In this document: piece by piece, positions 13,520 through 28,700 of the stretch
Layout: each line of letters opens with the position of its first letter
Position numbering within the stretch: the first letter of the stretch is position 1
Source of the DNA: the human T2T-CHM13v2.0 reference genome, Homo sapiens
NCBI RefSeq assembly: GCF_009914755.1
Contig: NC_060945.1
Direction: 5' to 3' (one strand)
DNA: 64,000 nucleotides
Program-made: the position numbers and the translations under genes
The notes under the pieces: generated by a model
What the model saw: only the letters and a program-made list of their open reading frames with translations
What the model was told of the DNA's origin: nothing
Database searches by the model: none

Positions 13520-14600
13520 ACGAAATGGAATGGATCGGAATGGAATCCAATGGAATCAACTGGAATGGAATGGAATGGAATGGAATGGAATGGAATGCAA
13601 TGGAATGGAATAAATCTGGGTGGAGTGGAATGGAATGAAACGGAGTGGAATGTAATGGAATTTAGTGGAATGGAATGGAATGGAATGGAATGGAATGAAA
13701 TGGATTGGATCGGAATGGAATCCAATGGAATCAACTGGAATGGAATGGAATGGAATGGAATGGAATGGAATGGAATAAATCCGGGTGGAGTGGAATGGAA
13801 TGTAATGGAGTGGAATGGAATGGAATTTAGTGGAATGGAATGGAATGGAATGGAATGGAATGGAATGGAATGGAATGAAATGGATTGGATCGGAATGGAA
13901 TCCAATGGAATCAACTGGAATGGAATGGAATGGAATGGAATAAATCAGGGTGGAGTGGAATGGAATGTAATGGAGTGGAATGGAATGGAATTTAGTGGAA
14001 TGGAATGGAATGGAATGGAATGGAATGGAATGGAATGAAATGGATTGGATCGGAATATAATCCAATGGATTAAACTGGAATGGAATGGAATGGAATGGAA
14101 TGCAGTGGATCGGAATGGAATCAAATGGAATCAACTGGAATGGAATGGAATGGAATGGAATGGAATAAATCCGGGTGGAGTGGAATGGAATGTAATGGAG
14201 TGGAATGTAACGGAATTTAGTGGAATGGAATGGAATGGAGTGCAATGGAATGGAATGAAATGGATTGGATCGGAATGGAATCCAATGGAATCAACTGAAA
14301 TGGAATGGAATGGAATGGAATGGAATAAATCCGGGTGGAGTGGAATGTAATATAATGGAGTGGAATGTAATGGAATTCAGTGGAATGGAATGGAATGGAA
14401 TGGAATGGAATGAAATGGGAATGAAATGGATTGGATCGGAATATAATCCAATGGAATAAACTGGAATGGAATGGAATGGAATGAAATAAAATGGATTGGA
14501 TTGGAATGGAATCCAATAGAATCAACTGGAACGGAATGGAATGGAATATTTCCGGGTGGAGTGGAATGGAATATAATGGAGTGGAATGGAATGGAAATTA
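13520..14600 (+). repeat. Cluster of six ~160-230-bp sub-units (GGATCGGAATGGAATCCAATGGAATCAACT ... AAATCCGGGTGGAGT ... GGAATTTAGT)
   Basis: AAATCCGGGT-type motif at ~13612, 13777, 13942, 14167, 14327 and 14548. Confidence 0.85.
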
Positions 14601-17600
14601 GTGGAATGGAACGGAATGGAATGGAAAGGAATGTAATGTAATGTAATGTAATGTAATGGAATAGAATGGAATGGAATCAACCCGAATGGGATGGCATGGA
14701 ATAGAATTGAATGCAATGGAATGGAATGGAATGGAATGGAATGGAATGCAATGGAATCCAGCCGATTGGAATGGAATGGAATGGAATGGAATGGAATGGA
14801 ATGGAATGGAGTGGAATGGAATAAACAGCAGAGGAATGAAATGGATTGGAATGAAATGGAATGGAATGGAATGGAATGAAATCAACCCGAGGGGAATGGA
14901 ACGGAATGGAATGGAATGGAAAGGAATGAATGGAAGGGAATGGTGTGGAATCAACACGAGAGGAATGGAATGGAATGGAATGGAACGGAACGGAATGGAA
15001 AGGAATGGAATGGAATGAACCCGAATGGAATGGAATGGATTGGAATGGAATGGAATAGAATCAACCTGAGAGGAAAGGAATGGAATGGAATGGAGAGGAA
15101 TGGAATGCAATGGAATGGAATGCAATGGAATGGAATCAACACGAATGGAATGGAACGGAATGGAATGGGATGGGATGGAATGGAATGGAATGGAAGTTAA
15201 TCAACACGAATGGAATGGAACGGAATGGAATGGAACGGAATGGAATGGAATGGAATGGAATGGAAAGGAACAGAATGGAATCAACAGGAGTGGAATGGAA
15301 TGGAACGGAATGGAATCAATCCGAGTGGAATGAAATGGAATGTAATGCAATGAGATGGAGTGGAATCAACCTGAGTGGAATGGAATCGAATGGATTGGAA
15401 TGGAATGGAATGGAATGAAATGGAATGGAATAAATCCGGGTGGAGAGGAATGGAATGTAATGGAGTGCAATGTTACGGAATTTAGTGGAATGGAATGGAA
15501 TGGAATGGAATGGAATGGAATGGAATGGAATCGAATGGAATGAAATGGATTGGATCGGAATGGAATCCAATGGAATCAACTGGAATGGAATGGAATGGAA
15601 TAAATCCGGGTGGAGTGGAATGGAATGTAATGGAGTGGAATGGAATGGAATTTAGTGGAATGGAATGGAATGGAATGGAATGGAATGGAATGGAATGGAA
15701 TGAAATGGAATGGAATCAACCCGAATGGAATGGAATGGAATGGAATGGAAAGGGATGGAATGGAATGGAATGGAATGGAATAGAATGGAATGGAATGGAA
15801 TGGAATGGAATGGAATCAACCCAAGTGCAATGGAATGCAATGGAATGCAATGGAATCCACCCGAGTGGAATGGAATGGAATGGAATGGAATATAATGCAA
15901 TGGAATGGAATGGAATGGAATGGAATGGAATGGAGTGGAATGGAACTGAATGGAGTGGAATGGAATAAACACCAGGAGAATGAAATGGATTGGAATGAAA
16001 TGGAATGGAATGGAATGGAATGGAATGGAATGGAATGAAATCAACCCGAGTGGAATGGAACGGAATGGAATGGAATGGAAAGGAATGAATGGAAGGGAAT
16101 GGTGTGGAAACAACACGAGAGGAATGGAATGGAATGGAATGGAAAGAAACGGAATGGAAAGGAATGGAATGGAATGAACCCGAATGGAATGGAATGGATT
16201 GGATTGGAATGGAATGGAATCAACCCGAGCATAAAGGAATGGAACGGAATGGAGTGGAATGGAATGGAATGGAATGGAATGGAATGGAATGGAATGGAAT
16301 CAACACGAATGGAATGGAGTGGAATGAAATGGGATGGGATGGAATGGAATGGAATGGAATCAACATGAATGGAATGGAACGTAATGGAAAGGAATGGAAT
16401 GGAAAATAATGGAATGGAATGAACCCGAATGGAATGGAATGCATTGGAATGGAATGGAATGGAATCAACCCGAGCGGAAAGGAATGGAATGGCATGGTGT
16501 GGAATGGAATGTAATGGAATGGAATGGAATGGAATCAACACGAATGGAATGGAACGGAATGGAATGGGATGGGATGGAATGGAATGGAAGGGAAGTTAAT
16601 CAACACGAATGGAATGCAACGGAATGGAATGGAATGGAATGGAGTGGAATGAACCCGAATGGAATGGAATGGATTGGAATGGAATGGAATTGAATCAACC
16701 CTAGTGGAAAGGAATGGAATGGAATGGAGTGGAATGTAATGTAATGTAATGGAATGGAATGGAATGGAATCAACACGAATGGAATAGAACGGAATGGAAT
16801 GGGATGGGATGGAATGGAATGGAATGGAAGTTAATCAACATGAATGGAATGGAATGTAATGGAATGGAACGGAACGGAATGGAATGGAATGCAATGGAAT
16901 GGAATGAAATGGAAAGGAACGGAATGGAATCAACACGAGTGGAATGGAATGGATAGGAATGGAATCAACCCGAGTGAAATGAAATGGAATGTAATGCAAT
17001 GGGATGGAGTGGAATCAACCCGAGTGGAATGGAATGGAATGGAATGGAATGGAACGAAATGGAATGGATCGGAATGTAATCCAATGGAATCAACTGGAAT
17101 GGAATGGAATGGAATGGAATGGAATAAACCCGGGTGGAGTGGAATGGAATGTAACGGAGTGGAATGTAATGGAATTTAGTGGAATGGAATGGAATGGAAT
17201 GGAATGAAATGGATTGGATCGGAATGGAATCCAAAGGAATCAACTGGAATGGAATGGAATGGAATGGAATAAATCCGGGTGGAGTGGAATGGAAAGTAAT
17301 GGAGTGGAATGGAATGGATTTTACTGGATGGAATGGAATGGAATGGAATGCAACGGAATGGAATGGAATGGAATGGAATGGAATGGAAAGGAATGGAATC
17401 AACCCGAATGGAATGGAACGGAAAGGAATGGAATGGAATGGAATGGAATGGAATGGAATGGAATGGAAAGGAATGGAATGGAATGGAATGGAATCAACCC
17501 GAATGGGATGGTATGGAATGGAACTGAATGGAATAGAATGGAATGGAATGGAATGGAATGGAATCAACCCAAGTGCAATGGAATGGTTTGGAATGCAATG

Positions 17601-20600
17601 GAATCCACCTGAGTGGAATGGAATGGAATGGAATGGAATGGAATGGAATGGAATGGAGTGGAATGGAACGGAATGGAGTGGAATGCAAGAAACACCAGGG
17701 GAATAAAATGAATTGGAATGAAATGGAATGGAATGGAATGGAATGGAATGGAATGGAATGAAATCAACCCAAGTGGAATGGAACGGAAAGGAATGGAATG
17801 GAAAGGAATGAATGGTAAGGAATTGTGTGGAATCAACCCGAGAGGAATGGAATGGAATGGAATGGAATGGAACGGAACGGAATGGAAAGGAATGGAATGG
17901 AATGAACCCGAATGGAATGGAATGGATTAGAATGGAATGGAATGGAATCAACCCGAGCGGAAAGGAATGGAATGGAATGGAGTGGAATGTAATGTAATGG
18001 AATGGAATGGAATGGAATGGAATGGAATCAACACAAATGGAATGGAACGGAATGGAATGGGATGGGATGGAATGGTATGGAATGGAAGTTAATCAACACG
18101 AATGGAATGGAACGGAATGGAATGGAATGGAATGGAAAGGAATGGAATGGAATGGAATGGAATGGAATGGAATGGAATGGAATGGAATGAAATGGAATGG
18201 ATTGGAATGGAATACAATGGAATCAACTGGAATGGAATGGAATGGAATGGAATGGAATGGAATGGAATGAAATGGAATGGATCAGAATGGAATCCAATGG
18301 AATCAACTGGAATGGAATGGAATGGAATGGACTGCAATTGAATGGAATAAATCTGGGTGCATTGGAATGGAATGTAACGGAGTGGAATGTAATGGAATTT
18401 AGTGGAATGGAATGGAATGGAATGGAATGGAATGGAATGGAATGGAATGGATTGGATCGGATTGGAATCCAATGGAAGCAACTGGAATGGAATGGAATGG
18501 AATGGAATTGTATAAATCCGGGTGGAGATGACTGTAATGTAATGCAGGGGAATGGAATGGAATTCAGTGGAATGGAATGGATTGGAATGGATTGGAATGG
18601 AATGGAATGGAATGGAATGGAATGGAATGGAATGGAATGAAAGGGATAGGATCGGAATGGAATCCAATGGAATCAACTGGAATGGAATGGAATGGAATAA
18701 ATCCGGGTGGAGTGGAATGGAATGTAATGGAGTGGAATGGAATGCAATTTAGTGGAATGGAATGGAAAGGAATAGAATGGAATGGAATGGAAAGGAATGG
18801 AATGGAATCAACCCGAATGGGATGGCATGGAATGGAATTCAATGGAATGGAATGGAATGGACGGTAATGGAATGGAACGGAATGGAATCAACCAAAGTGC
18901 AATGGAATGGAATGGAATGCAATGGAATCCACCCAAGTGGAATGGAATGGAATGGAATGGAACGGAATGGAATGGAATGGAGTGGAATGGGACGGAATGG
19001 AGTGGAATTGAATAAACACCAGGGGTATGAAATGGATTGGAAAGAAATGGAATGGAATGGAATGGAATGAAATCAACCCGAGTGGAATGCAACGGAATGG
19101 AATGGAATGGAAAGGAATGAATGGAATGGAATGGTGTGGAATCAACACGAGAGGAATGGAATGGAATGGAATGGAATGGAATGGAATGGAACGGAACGGA
19201 ATGGAAAGGAATGGAATGGAATGAACCCGAATGGAATGGAATGCATTGGAATGGAATGGAATGGAATCAACCCGAGCGGAAAGGAATGGAATGGAATGGA
19301 GTGGAATGTAATGTAATGTAATGGAATGGAATGGAATGGAATGGAATCAACACAAATGGAATGGAACGGAATGGAATGGGTTAGGATGGAATGGTATGGA
19401 ATGGAAGTTAATCAACACGAAGGGAATGGAACGTAATGGAATGGAATGGAATGGAAAGGAATGGAATGGAATTGAATGGAATGAAATGGAAAGGAACGGA
19501 ATGGAATCAACACGAGTGGAATGGAATGGAACGGAATGGAATCAACCCCACTGGAATGAACTGGAATGTAATGCAATGGGATGGAGTGGAATCAACCCGA
19601 GTGGAATGGAATGGAATGGAAAGGAATGGAATGGAATGAAATGGAATGGATCGGAATGGAATCCAATGGAATCAACTGGAATGGAATGGAATGGAATGGA
19701 ATGGAATGGAATGCAATGGAATGGAATAAATCTGGGTGGAGTGGAATGGAATGAAACGGAGTGGAATGTAATGGAATTTAGTGGAATGGAATGGAATGGA
19801 ATGGAATGGAATGAAATGGATTGGATCGGAATGGAATCCAATGGAATCAACTGGAAAGAAATGGAATGGAATGGAATGGAATAAATCTGGGTGGAGTGGA
19901 ATGGAATGTAATGGAGTGGAATGGAATGGAATTTAGTGGAATGGAATGGAATAGAATGGAATGGAATGGAATGAAATGGATTGGATCGGAATGGAATCCA
20001 ATGGAATCAACTGGAATGGAATGGAATGGAATAAATCCGGGTGGAGTGGAATGGAACGGAATTTAGTGGAATGGAATGGAAAGGAATGGAATGAAATGGA
20101 ATGGAATGGAATGGAATGGAATCAACCCGAGTGGGATGGCATGCAATGGAATTGAATGGAAGGGAATGGAATGGACTGTAATGGAATGGAATGGAAGGGA
20201 ATCAAACCAAGTGCAATGGAATGGAATGGAATGCAATAGAATCCACCCGAGTGGAATGGAATGGAATGGAATGGAATGGAATGAATGTAATGGAATGGGG
20301 TGGAATCAACACGAGAGGAATGGAATGGAATGGAATGGAAAGGAACGGAATGGAAAGGAATGGAATGGAATGATCCCGAATGGAATGGAATGGATTGGAA
20401 TGGCATGGAATGGAATCATCCCGAGCGGAAAGGAACGGAATGGAATGGAGTGGAATGGAATGGAATGGAATGGAATGGAATGGAATGGAATCAACACGAA
20501 TGGAATGGAACGGAATGGAATGGAATGGGATGGGATGGAATGGAATGGAAGTTAATCAACACGAATGGAATGGAAAGGAATGGAATGGAATGGAATGGAA

Positions 20601-23600
20601 TGGAATGGAATGGAATGAACCCGAATGCAATGGAATGGATTGGAATTAAACGGAATGGAATCAACCCGAGCGGAATGGAATGGAATGGAATGGAATGAAA
20701 AGGTTTGGATCGGAATGGAATCCAATGGAATGTAATGGAATGGAATGGAATAAATCCGGGTGGAGTGGAATGGAATGCAATGGAGTGGAATGTAACGGAA
20801 TTTAGTGGAATGGAATGGAATGGAATGAAATGGATTCGATCGGAATGGAATCCAATGGAATCAACTGGAATGGAATGGAATGGAATGGAATGGAATGGAA
20901 TAAATCCGGGTGGAGTGGAATGGAATGTAATGGAGTGGAATGGAATGGAATTTAATGGAATGGAATGGAATGGAATGGAATGGAATGGAATGGAATGGAA
21001 TGGAATGAAATGGATTGGATCAGAATATAATCCAATGGGTTAAACTGGAATGGAATGGAATGGAATGGAATGGAATGGAATGCAGTGGATCGGAATGGAA
21101 TCAAATGGAATCAACTGGAATGGAATGGAATGGAATGGAATGGAATGGAATAAATCCGGGTGGAGTGGAATGGAATGTAATGGAGTGGAATGTAACGGAA
21201 TTTAGTGGAATGGAATGGAATAGAATGCAATGGAATGGAATGAAATGGATTGTATCGGAATGGAATCCAATGGAATCAACTGGAATGCAATGGAATGGAA
21301 TGGAATGGAATGGAATGGAATGGAATGGAATAAATCCGGGTGGAGTGGAATGTAATATAATGCAGTGGAATGTAATGGAATTTAGTGGAATGGAATGGAA
21401 TGGAATGGAATGGAATGAAATGGGAATGAAATGGATTGGATCGGAATATAATCCAATGGAATAAACTGGAATGGAATGGAATGGAATGAAATAAAATGGA
21501 TTGGATTGGAATGGAATCCAATGGAATCAACTGGAATGGAATGGAATGGAATGGAATGGAATACTTCCGGGTGGAGTGGAATGGAATGTAATGGAGTGGA
21601 ATGGAATGGAATTTAGTGGAATGGAATGGAATGGAATGGAATTAAACCGAGTGGAATGGAACGGAATGGAATGGAAAGGAATGGAATGGAATGGAATGGA
21701 ATGGAATGGAATGGAATGGAATCAACCCAAATGGGATGGCATGGAATGGAATTGAATGCAATGCAATGGAATGGAATGGAATGGAATGCAATGGAATCCA
21801 CCCGATTGGAATGGAATGGAATGGAATGGAATGGAATGGAATGGAATGGAGTGGAATGGAATAAACAGCAGAGGAATGAAATGGATTGGAATGAAATGGA
21901 ATGGAATGGAATGGAATGGAATGAAATCAACCCGAGTGGAATGGAACGGAATGGAATGGAATGGAAAAGAATGAATGGAAGGGAATGGTGTGGAATCAAC
22001 ACGAGAGGAATGGAATGGAATGGAATGGAACGGAACGGAATGGAAAGGAATGGAATGGAATGAACCCGAATAGAATGGAATGGATTGGAATGGAATGGAA
22101 TTGAATCAACCTGAGAGGAAAGGAATGGAATGGAATGGAGAGGAATGGAATGTAATGGATTGGAATGCAATGGAATGGAATCAACACGAATGGAATGGAA
22201 CGGAATGGAATGGGATGGGATGGAATGGAATGGAGTGGAAGTTAATCAACACGAATGGAATGGAACGGAATGGAATGGAATGGAATGGAATGGAATGAAA
22301 GGGAAAGGAACAGAATGGAATCAACAGGAGTGGAATGGAATGGAACAGAATGGAATCAACCCGAGTGGAATGAAATGGAATGTAATGCAATGAGATGGAG
22401 TGGAATCAACCCGAGTGGAATGGAATCGAATGGATTGGAATGGAATGGAATGGAATGAAATGGAATGGATCGGAATGGAATCCAATGGAATCACCTGGAA
22501 TGGAATGGAATGGAATGGAATGGAATGGAATGGAATGGAATGGAATGGAATGGAATAAATCCGGGTGGAGTGGAATGGAATGTAATGGAGTGCAATGTTA
22601 CGGAATTTAGTGGAATGGAATGGAATGGAATGGAATGGAATGGAATGGAATGGAATCTAATGGAATGAAATGGATTGGATCGGAATGGAATCCAATGGAA
22701 TCAACTGGAATGGAATGGAATGGAATAAATCCGGTTGGAGTGGAATGGAATGTAATGGAGTGGAATGGAATGGAATTTAGTGTAATGGAATGGAATGGAA
22801 TGGAATGGAATGGAATGGAATGGAATGGAATGGAAAGGAATGGAATGAAATGGAATGGAATCAACCCGAATGGAATGGAACGGAATGGAATGGAAAGGAA
22901 TGGAATGGAATGGAATGGAATGGAATAGAATGGAATGGAATGGAATGGAATGGAATCAACCCAAGTGCAATGGAATGCAATAGAATGCAATGGAATCCAC
23001 CCGAGTGGAATGGAATGGAATGGAATGGAATGGAATATAATGCAATGGAATAGAATGGAATGGAATGGAATGGAATGGAATGGAGTGGAATGGAACTGAA
23101 TGGAGTGGAATGGAATAAACACCAGGAGAATGAAATGGATTGGAATGAAATGGAATGGAATGGAATGGAATGGAATGAAATCAACCCGAGTGGAATGGAA
23201 CGGAATGGAATGGAATGGAAAGGAATGAATGGAAGGGAATGGTTTGGAAACAACACGAGAGGAATGGAATGGAATGGAATGGAAAGGAACAGAATGGAAA
23301 GGAATGGAATGGAATGAACCCGAATGGAATGGAATGGATTGGAATGGAATGGAATGGAATCGACCCGAGCATAAAGGAATGGAACGGAATGGAGTGGAAT
23401 GGAATGGAATGGAATGGAATGGAATGGAATGGAATGGAATGGAATCAACACGAATGGAATGGAGCGGAATGAAATGGGATGGGATGGAATGGAATGGAAT
23501 GGAATGGAATGGAATGGAATGGAATCAACATGAATGGAATGGAACGTAATGGAATGGAATGGAATGGAAAATAATGGAATGGAATGAACCCGAATGGAAT

Positions 23601-25799
23601 GGAATGGATTGGAATGGAATGGAATGGAATGGAATCAACCCGAGCGGAAAGGAATGGAATGGCATGGAGTGGAATGGAATGTAATGTAATGGAATGGAAT
23701 GGAATGGAATCAACACGAATGGAATGGAACGGAATGGAATGGGATGGGATGTAATGGAATGGAATGGAAGTTAATCAACACGAATGGAATGCAACGGAAT
23801 GGAATGGAATGGAATGGAGTGGAATGAACCCGAATGGAATGGAATGGATTGGAATGGAATGGAATTGAATCAACCCTAGTGGAAAGGAATGGAATGGAAT
23901 GGAGTGGAATGTAATGTAATGTAATGTAATGGAATGGAATGGAATGGAATCAACACGAATGGAATGGAACGGAATGGAATGGGATGGGATGGAATGGAAT
24001 GGAATGGAAGTTAATCAACATGAATGGAATGGAATGTAATGGAATGGAACGGAACGGAATGGAATGGAATGGAATGGAATGGAATGGAATGGAAAGGAAC
24101 GGAATGGAATCAACATGAGTGGAATGGAATGGATAGGAATGGAATCAACTCGAGTGGAATGAAATGGAATGTAATGCAATGGGATGGAGTGGAATCAACC
24201 CGAGTGGAATGGAATGGAATGGAATGGAACGAAATGGAATGGATCGGAATGTAATCCAATGGAATCAACTGGAATGGAATGGAATGGAATGGAATGGAAT
24301 AAACCCGGGTGGAGTGGAATGGAATGTAACGGAGTGGAATGTAATGGAATTTAGTGGAATGGAATGGAATGGAATGGAATGAAATGGATTGGATCGGAAT
24401 GGAATCCAATGGAATCAACTGGAATGGAATGGAATGGAATGGAATAAATCCGGGTGGAGTGGAATGGAATGTAATGGAGTGGAATGGAACGGATTTTACT
24501 GGAATGGAATGGAATGGAATGGAATGCAATGGAATGGAATGGAATGGAATGGAATGGAATGGAATGGAATGGAATCAACCCGAATGGAATGGAACGGAAA
24601 GGAATGGAAAGGAATGGAATGGAATGGAATGGAATGGAATGGAATGGAATGGTATAAATCCAGGTGGAGTTGACTGTAATGTAATGCCGTGGAATGGAAT
24701 GGAATTCAGTGGAATGGAATGGATTGGAATGGATTGGAATGTAATGTAATGGAATGGAATGGAATGGAATGGAATGAAAGGGATAGGATCGGAATGGAAT
24801 CCAATGGAATCAACTGGAATGGAATGGAATTGAATAAATCCGGGTGGAGTGGAATGGAATGTAGTGGAGTGGAATGGAATGGAATTTAGTGGAATGGAAT
24901 GGAAAGGAATGGAATGGAATGGAATGGAATGGAATGGAATGGAATGGAATGGAATCAGCCCGAATGGGATGGCATGGAATGGAATTCAATGGAATGGAAT
25001 GGAATGGAATCAACCCAAGTGCAATGGAATGGAATGGAATGCAATGGAATCCACCCAAGTGGAATGGAATGGAATGGAATGGAACGGAATGGAATGGAAT
25101 GGAGTGGAATGGGACGGAATGGAGTGGAATTGAATAAACACAAGGGGAATGAAATGGATTGGAAAGAAATGGAATGGAATGGAATGGAATGAAATCAACC
25201 CGAGTGGAATGTAACGGAATGGAATGGAATGGAAAGGAATGAATGTAATGGAATGGGGTGGAATCAACACGAGAGGAATGGAATGGAATGGAACGGAATG
25301 GAATGGAATAAATCCGGGTGGAGTGCAATGGAATGTAATGGAGTGGAATGGAAAGGAATTTAGTGGAATGGAATGGAATGGAATGGAATGGAATGGAATG
25401 GAATCAACCTGAATGGGTTGGCATGGAATGGAATGGAATGGAGTGGAATGTAATGTAATGTAATGGAATGGAATGGAATGGAATCAACACGAATGGAATG
25501 GAACGGAATGGAATGGGATGGGATGGAATGGAATGTAATGGAAGTTAATCAAGACGAATGGAATGCAACGGAATGGAATGGAACGGAATGGAATGGAATG
25601 GAATGAACCCGAATGGAATGGAATGGATTGGAATGGAATGGAATGGAATCAACCCGAGCGGAAAGGAATGGAATGGAATGGAGTGGAATGTAATGTAATG
25701 GAATAGAATTGAATGGAATGGAATCAACAGGAATGGTATGGAACGCAATGGAATGGGATGAGATGGAATGGATGTTAATCAACATGAATGGAATGGAAC

Positions 25800-28700
25800 G
25801 GAATGGAATGGAATGGAATGGAATGGAATGGAATGGAAAGGAATGGAATGGAGTGGAATGGAACGGAATGGAGTGGAATGGAATAAACACCAGGGGAATG
25901 AAATGGATTGGAATGAAATGGATTGGAATGGAATGGAATGCAATGGAATGGAATGAATGGAATGGAATGGTGTGGAATCAACAGGAGAGGAATGGAATGG
26001 AATGGAATGGAATGGAACGGAATGGAAAGGAATGGAATGGAATGGAATGGAACGGAATGGAAAGGAATGGAATGGAATCAACCCGAGCGGAAAGGAATGG
26101 AATGGAATGGAGTGGAATGTAATGAAATGTAATGGAATGGAATGGAATGGAATCAACACGAATGGAATGGAACGGAATGGAATGGGAAGGGATGGAATGG
26201 AATGCAATGGAAGATACCCGAATGGAATGGAGTGGATAGGAATGGAATGAAATGGAATCATCCTGAGGGGAAAGGAATGGAATGGAACGGAGTGGAATGG
26301 GATGGGATCGAATGGAATGGAATGGAAGTTAATCAACACGAATGGAATGGAACAGAATGGAAAGGGATGGGATGGAATGGAATGGAATGGAAGTTAATCA
26401 ACACGAATGGAATGGAACGGAATGGAATGGAATGGAATGGAATGGAATGGAATGGAATGGAATGAAATGGAATGAACCCGAATGGAATGGAATGGATTGG
26501 AATGGAATAGAATGGAATCAACCAGAGCGGAAAGGAATGGAATGGAAAGGAGTGGAATGGAATGTAATGGAATGGAAGGCAATGGAATGGAATCAACACG
26601 AATGGAATGGAACGGAATGGAATGGGATGGGATGGAATGGAATGGAATGGAAGTTAATCAACACGAATGGAATGGAACGGAATGGAATTGAATGGAATGG
26701 AATGGAATGAAATGGAATGGAATGGAATGAAATGGAAAGGAACGGAATGGAATCAACACGAGTGGAATGGAATGGAACGGAATGGAATCAACCCGAGTGG
26801 AATGAAATGGAATGTAATGCAATGGGATGGAGTGGAATCAACCGGAGTGGAATGCAATGGAATGGAATGGAATGAAATGGAATGGATCGGAATGGAATCG
26901 AATGGAATCAACTGGAATGGAATGGAATGGAATGGAATGGAATGGAATGGAAAGGAATAAATCCGGGTGGAGTGCAATGGAATGTAATGGAGTGGAATGG
27001 AATGGAATTTAGTGGAATGGAATGTAATGGAATGGAATGGAATGGAATCAACCCGAATGGAATGGAACGGAATGGAATGGAAAGAAATGGAAAGGAATGG
27101 AATAGAATGGAATGGAATGGAATGGAATGGAATCATCCCGAATGGGATGGAATGGAATGGAATGGAATGGAAAGGAATGAAATGCAATGGATCGGAATGG
27201 AATCCAATGGAATCAACTGGAATGGAATGGAATGGAATGGAATGGAAAGGAATGGAATGGAATGGAATGGAATGAATCCGGGTGGAGTGGAATGGAATGT
27301 AATGGAGTGGAATGTAATGGAATTTAGTGGAATGGAATGGAATGGAATGGAATGGAATGGAATGCAATGAAATGGAATGGATCGGAATGGAATCCAAAGG
27401 AATCAACTGGAATGGAATGGAATGGAATGGAATGGAATGGAATGGAATAAATCCGGGTGGAGTGGAATGGAATGTAATGGAGTGGAATTTAGTGGAATGG
27501 AAACGAATGGAATGGAATGGAACGGAATGGAATGGAATGGAATGGAATCAACCCGAATGGAATGGAACGGAATGGAATGGAAAGGAATGGAATGGAATGG
27601 AATGGAATGGAAGGGAATCAACCCGAATGGGATGGCATGGAATGGAATGGAATGGAATGGAATCATCCAAAGTGTAATGGAATGGAATAGAGTGCAATGG
27701 AACCCACCCGAGTGGAATGGAATGGAATGGAATGGAAAGGAATGGAATGGATTGGAATGGAACCGAATGGAGTGGAATGGAATAAACACCAGGGGAATGA
27801 AATAGATTGGAATGAAATGGAATGGAATGGAATGGAATGGAATGAAATCAAACCGAGTGGAATGGAACAGAATGGAATGGAATGGAAAGGAATGAATGGA
27901 ATGGAATGGTGTGGAATCAACAGGAGAGGAATGGAATGGAATGGAATGGAATGGAACGGAATGGAAAGGAATGGAATAGAATGGAATGGAACGGAACGGA
28001 ATGGAAAGGAATGGAATGGAATCAACACGAGCGGAAAGGAATGGAATGGATTTGAGTAGAATGTAATGTAATGGAATGGAATGGAATGGAATGGAATCAA
28101 CACGAATGGAATGGAATGGAATGGGATGGGATGGAATGGAATGGAATGGAATGAACCTGAATGGAATGGAATGGATTGGAATGGAATGGAATGGAATTAA
28201 CCCGAGCGGAAAGGAATGGAATGGAATGGAATTAACCCGAGCGGAAAGGAATGGAATGGAATGGAATGGAGTGGAATGGAACGGAATGGAGTGGAATGGA
28301 ATAAACAACAGGGGTATGAAATGGATTGGAATAAAATGGAATGGAATGGAATGGAATGGAATGAAATCAACCCGAGTGGAATGGAACGGAGTGGAATGGA
28401 ATGGAAAGGAATGAATGGAATGGAATGGTTTGGAATCAACACGAGGAGAATGGAAGGAATGGAATGGAACGGAACGGAATGGAAAGGAATGAAATGGAAT
28501 GAACCCGAATGGAATGGAATGGATTGGAATGGAATGGAATGGAATCAACCAGAGCGGAAAGGAATGGAATGGAAAGGAGTGGAATGGAATGTAATGGAAT
28601 GGAATGCAATGGAATGGAATCAACACGAATGGAATGGAACGGAATGGAATGGGATGGGATGGAATGGAATGGAATGGAAGTTAATCAACACGAATGGAAT

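Larger units (their letters stand above)
12960..25230 (+). repeat. Older nested ~6.15-kb tandem duplication (A1 ~12960-19100; A2 ~19100-25230), repeated in copy B at ~34560-46830
   Basis: Shared rare motifs in the same order: GGGTTAGGATGGAATGGTAT (13212/19378), GAAATGGGAATGAAAT (14412/21416), TAAACAGCAGAGG (14822/21862), CCAGGAGAAT (15972/23122), GAGCATAAAGG (16227/23367), CCCTAGT (~16699/23874), GGATTTTACT (~17316/24491), GAAAGGGATAGGATC (~18639/24776). Confidence 0.88.
4212..25799 (+). repeat. Copy A of a ~21.6-kb near-identical tandem duplication
   Basis: Rare landmarks recur at an offset of about +21.59 kb: GGAAGATACCCG (~4616 / ~26209), GGGTTAGGAT (13212 / ~34810), GGAAAATAAT (16401 / ~37994), CAAGACG (~25550 / ~47153). 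ORF-track pairs agree: 4330/25923, 16965/38558, 24110/45703 (all +21593). Confidence 0.95.
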
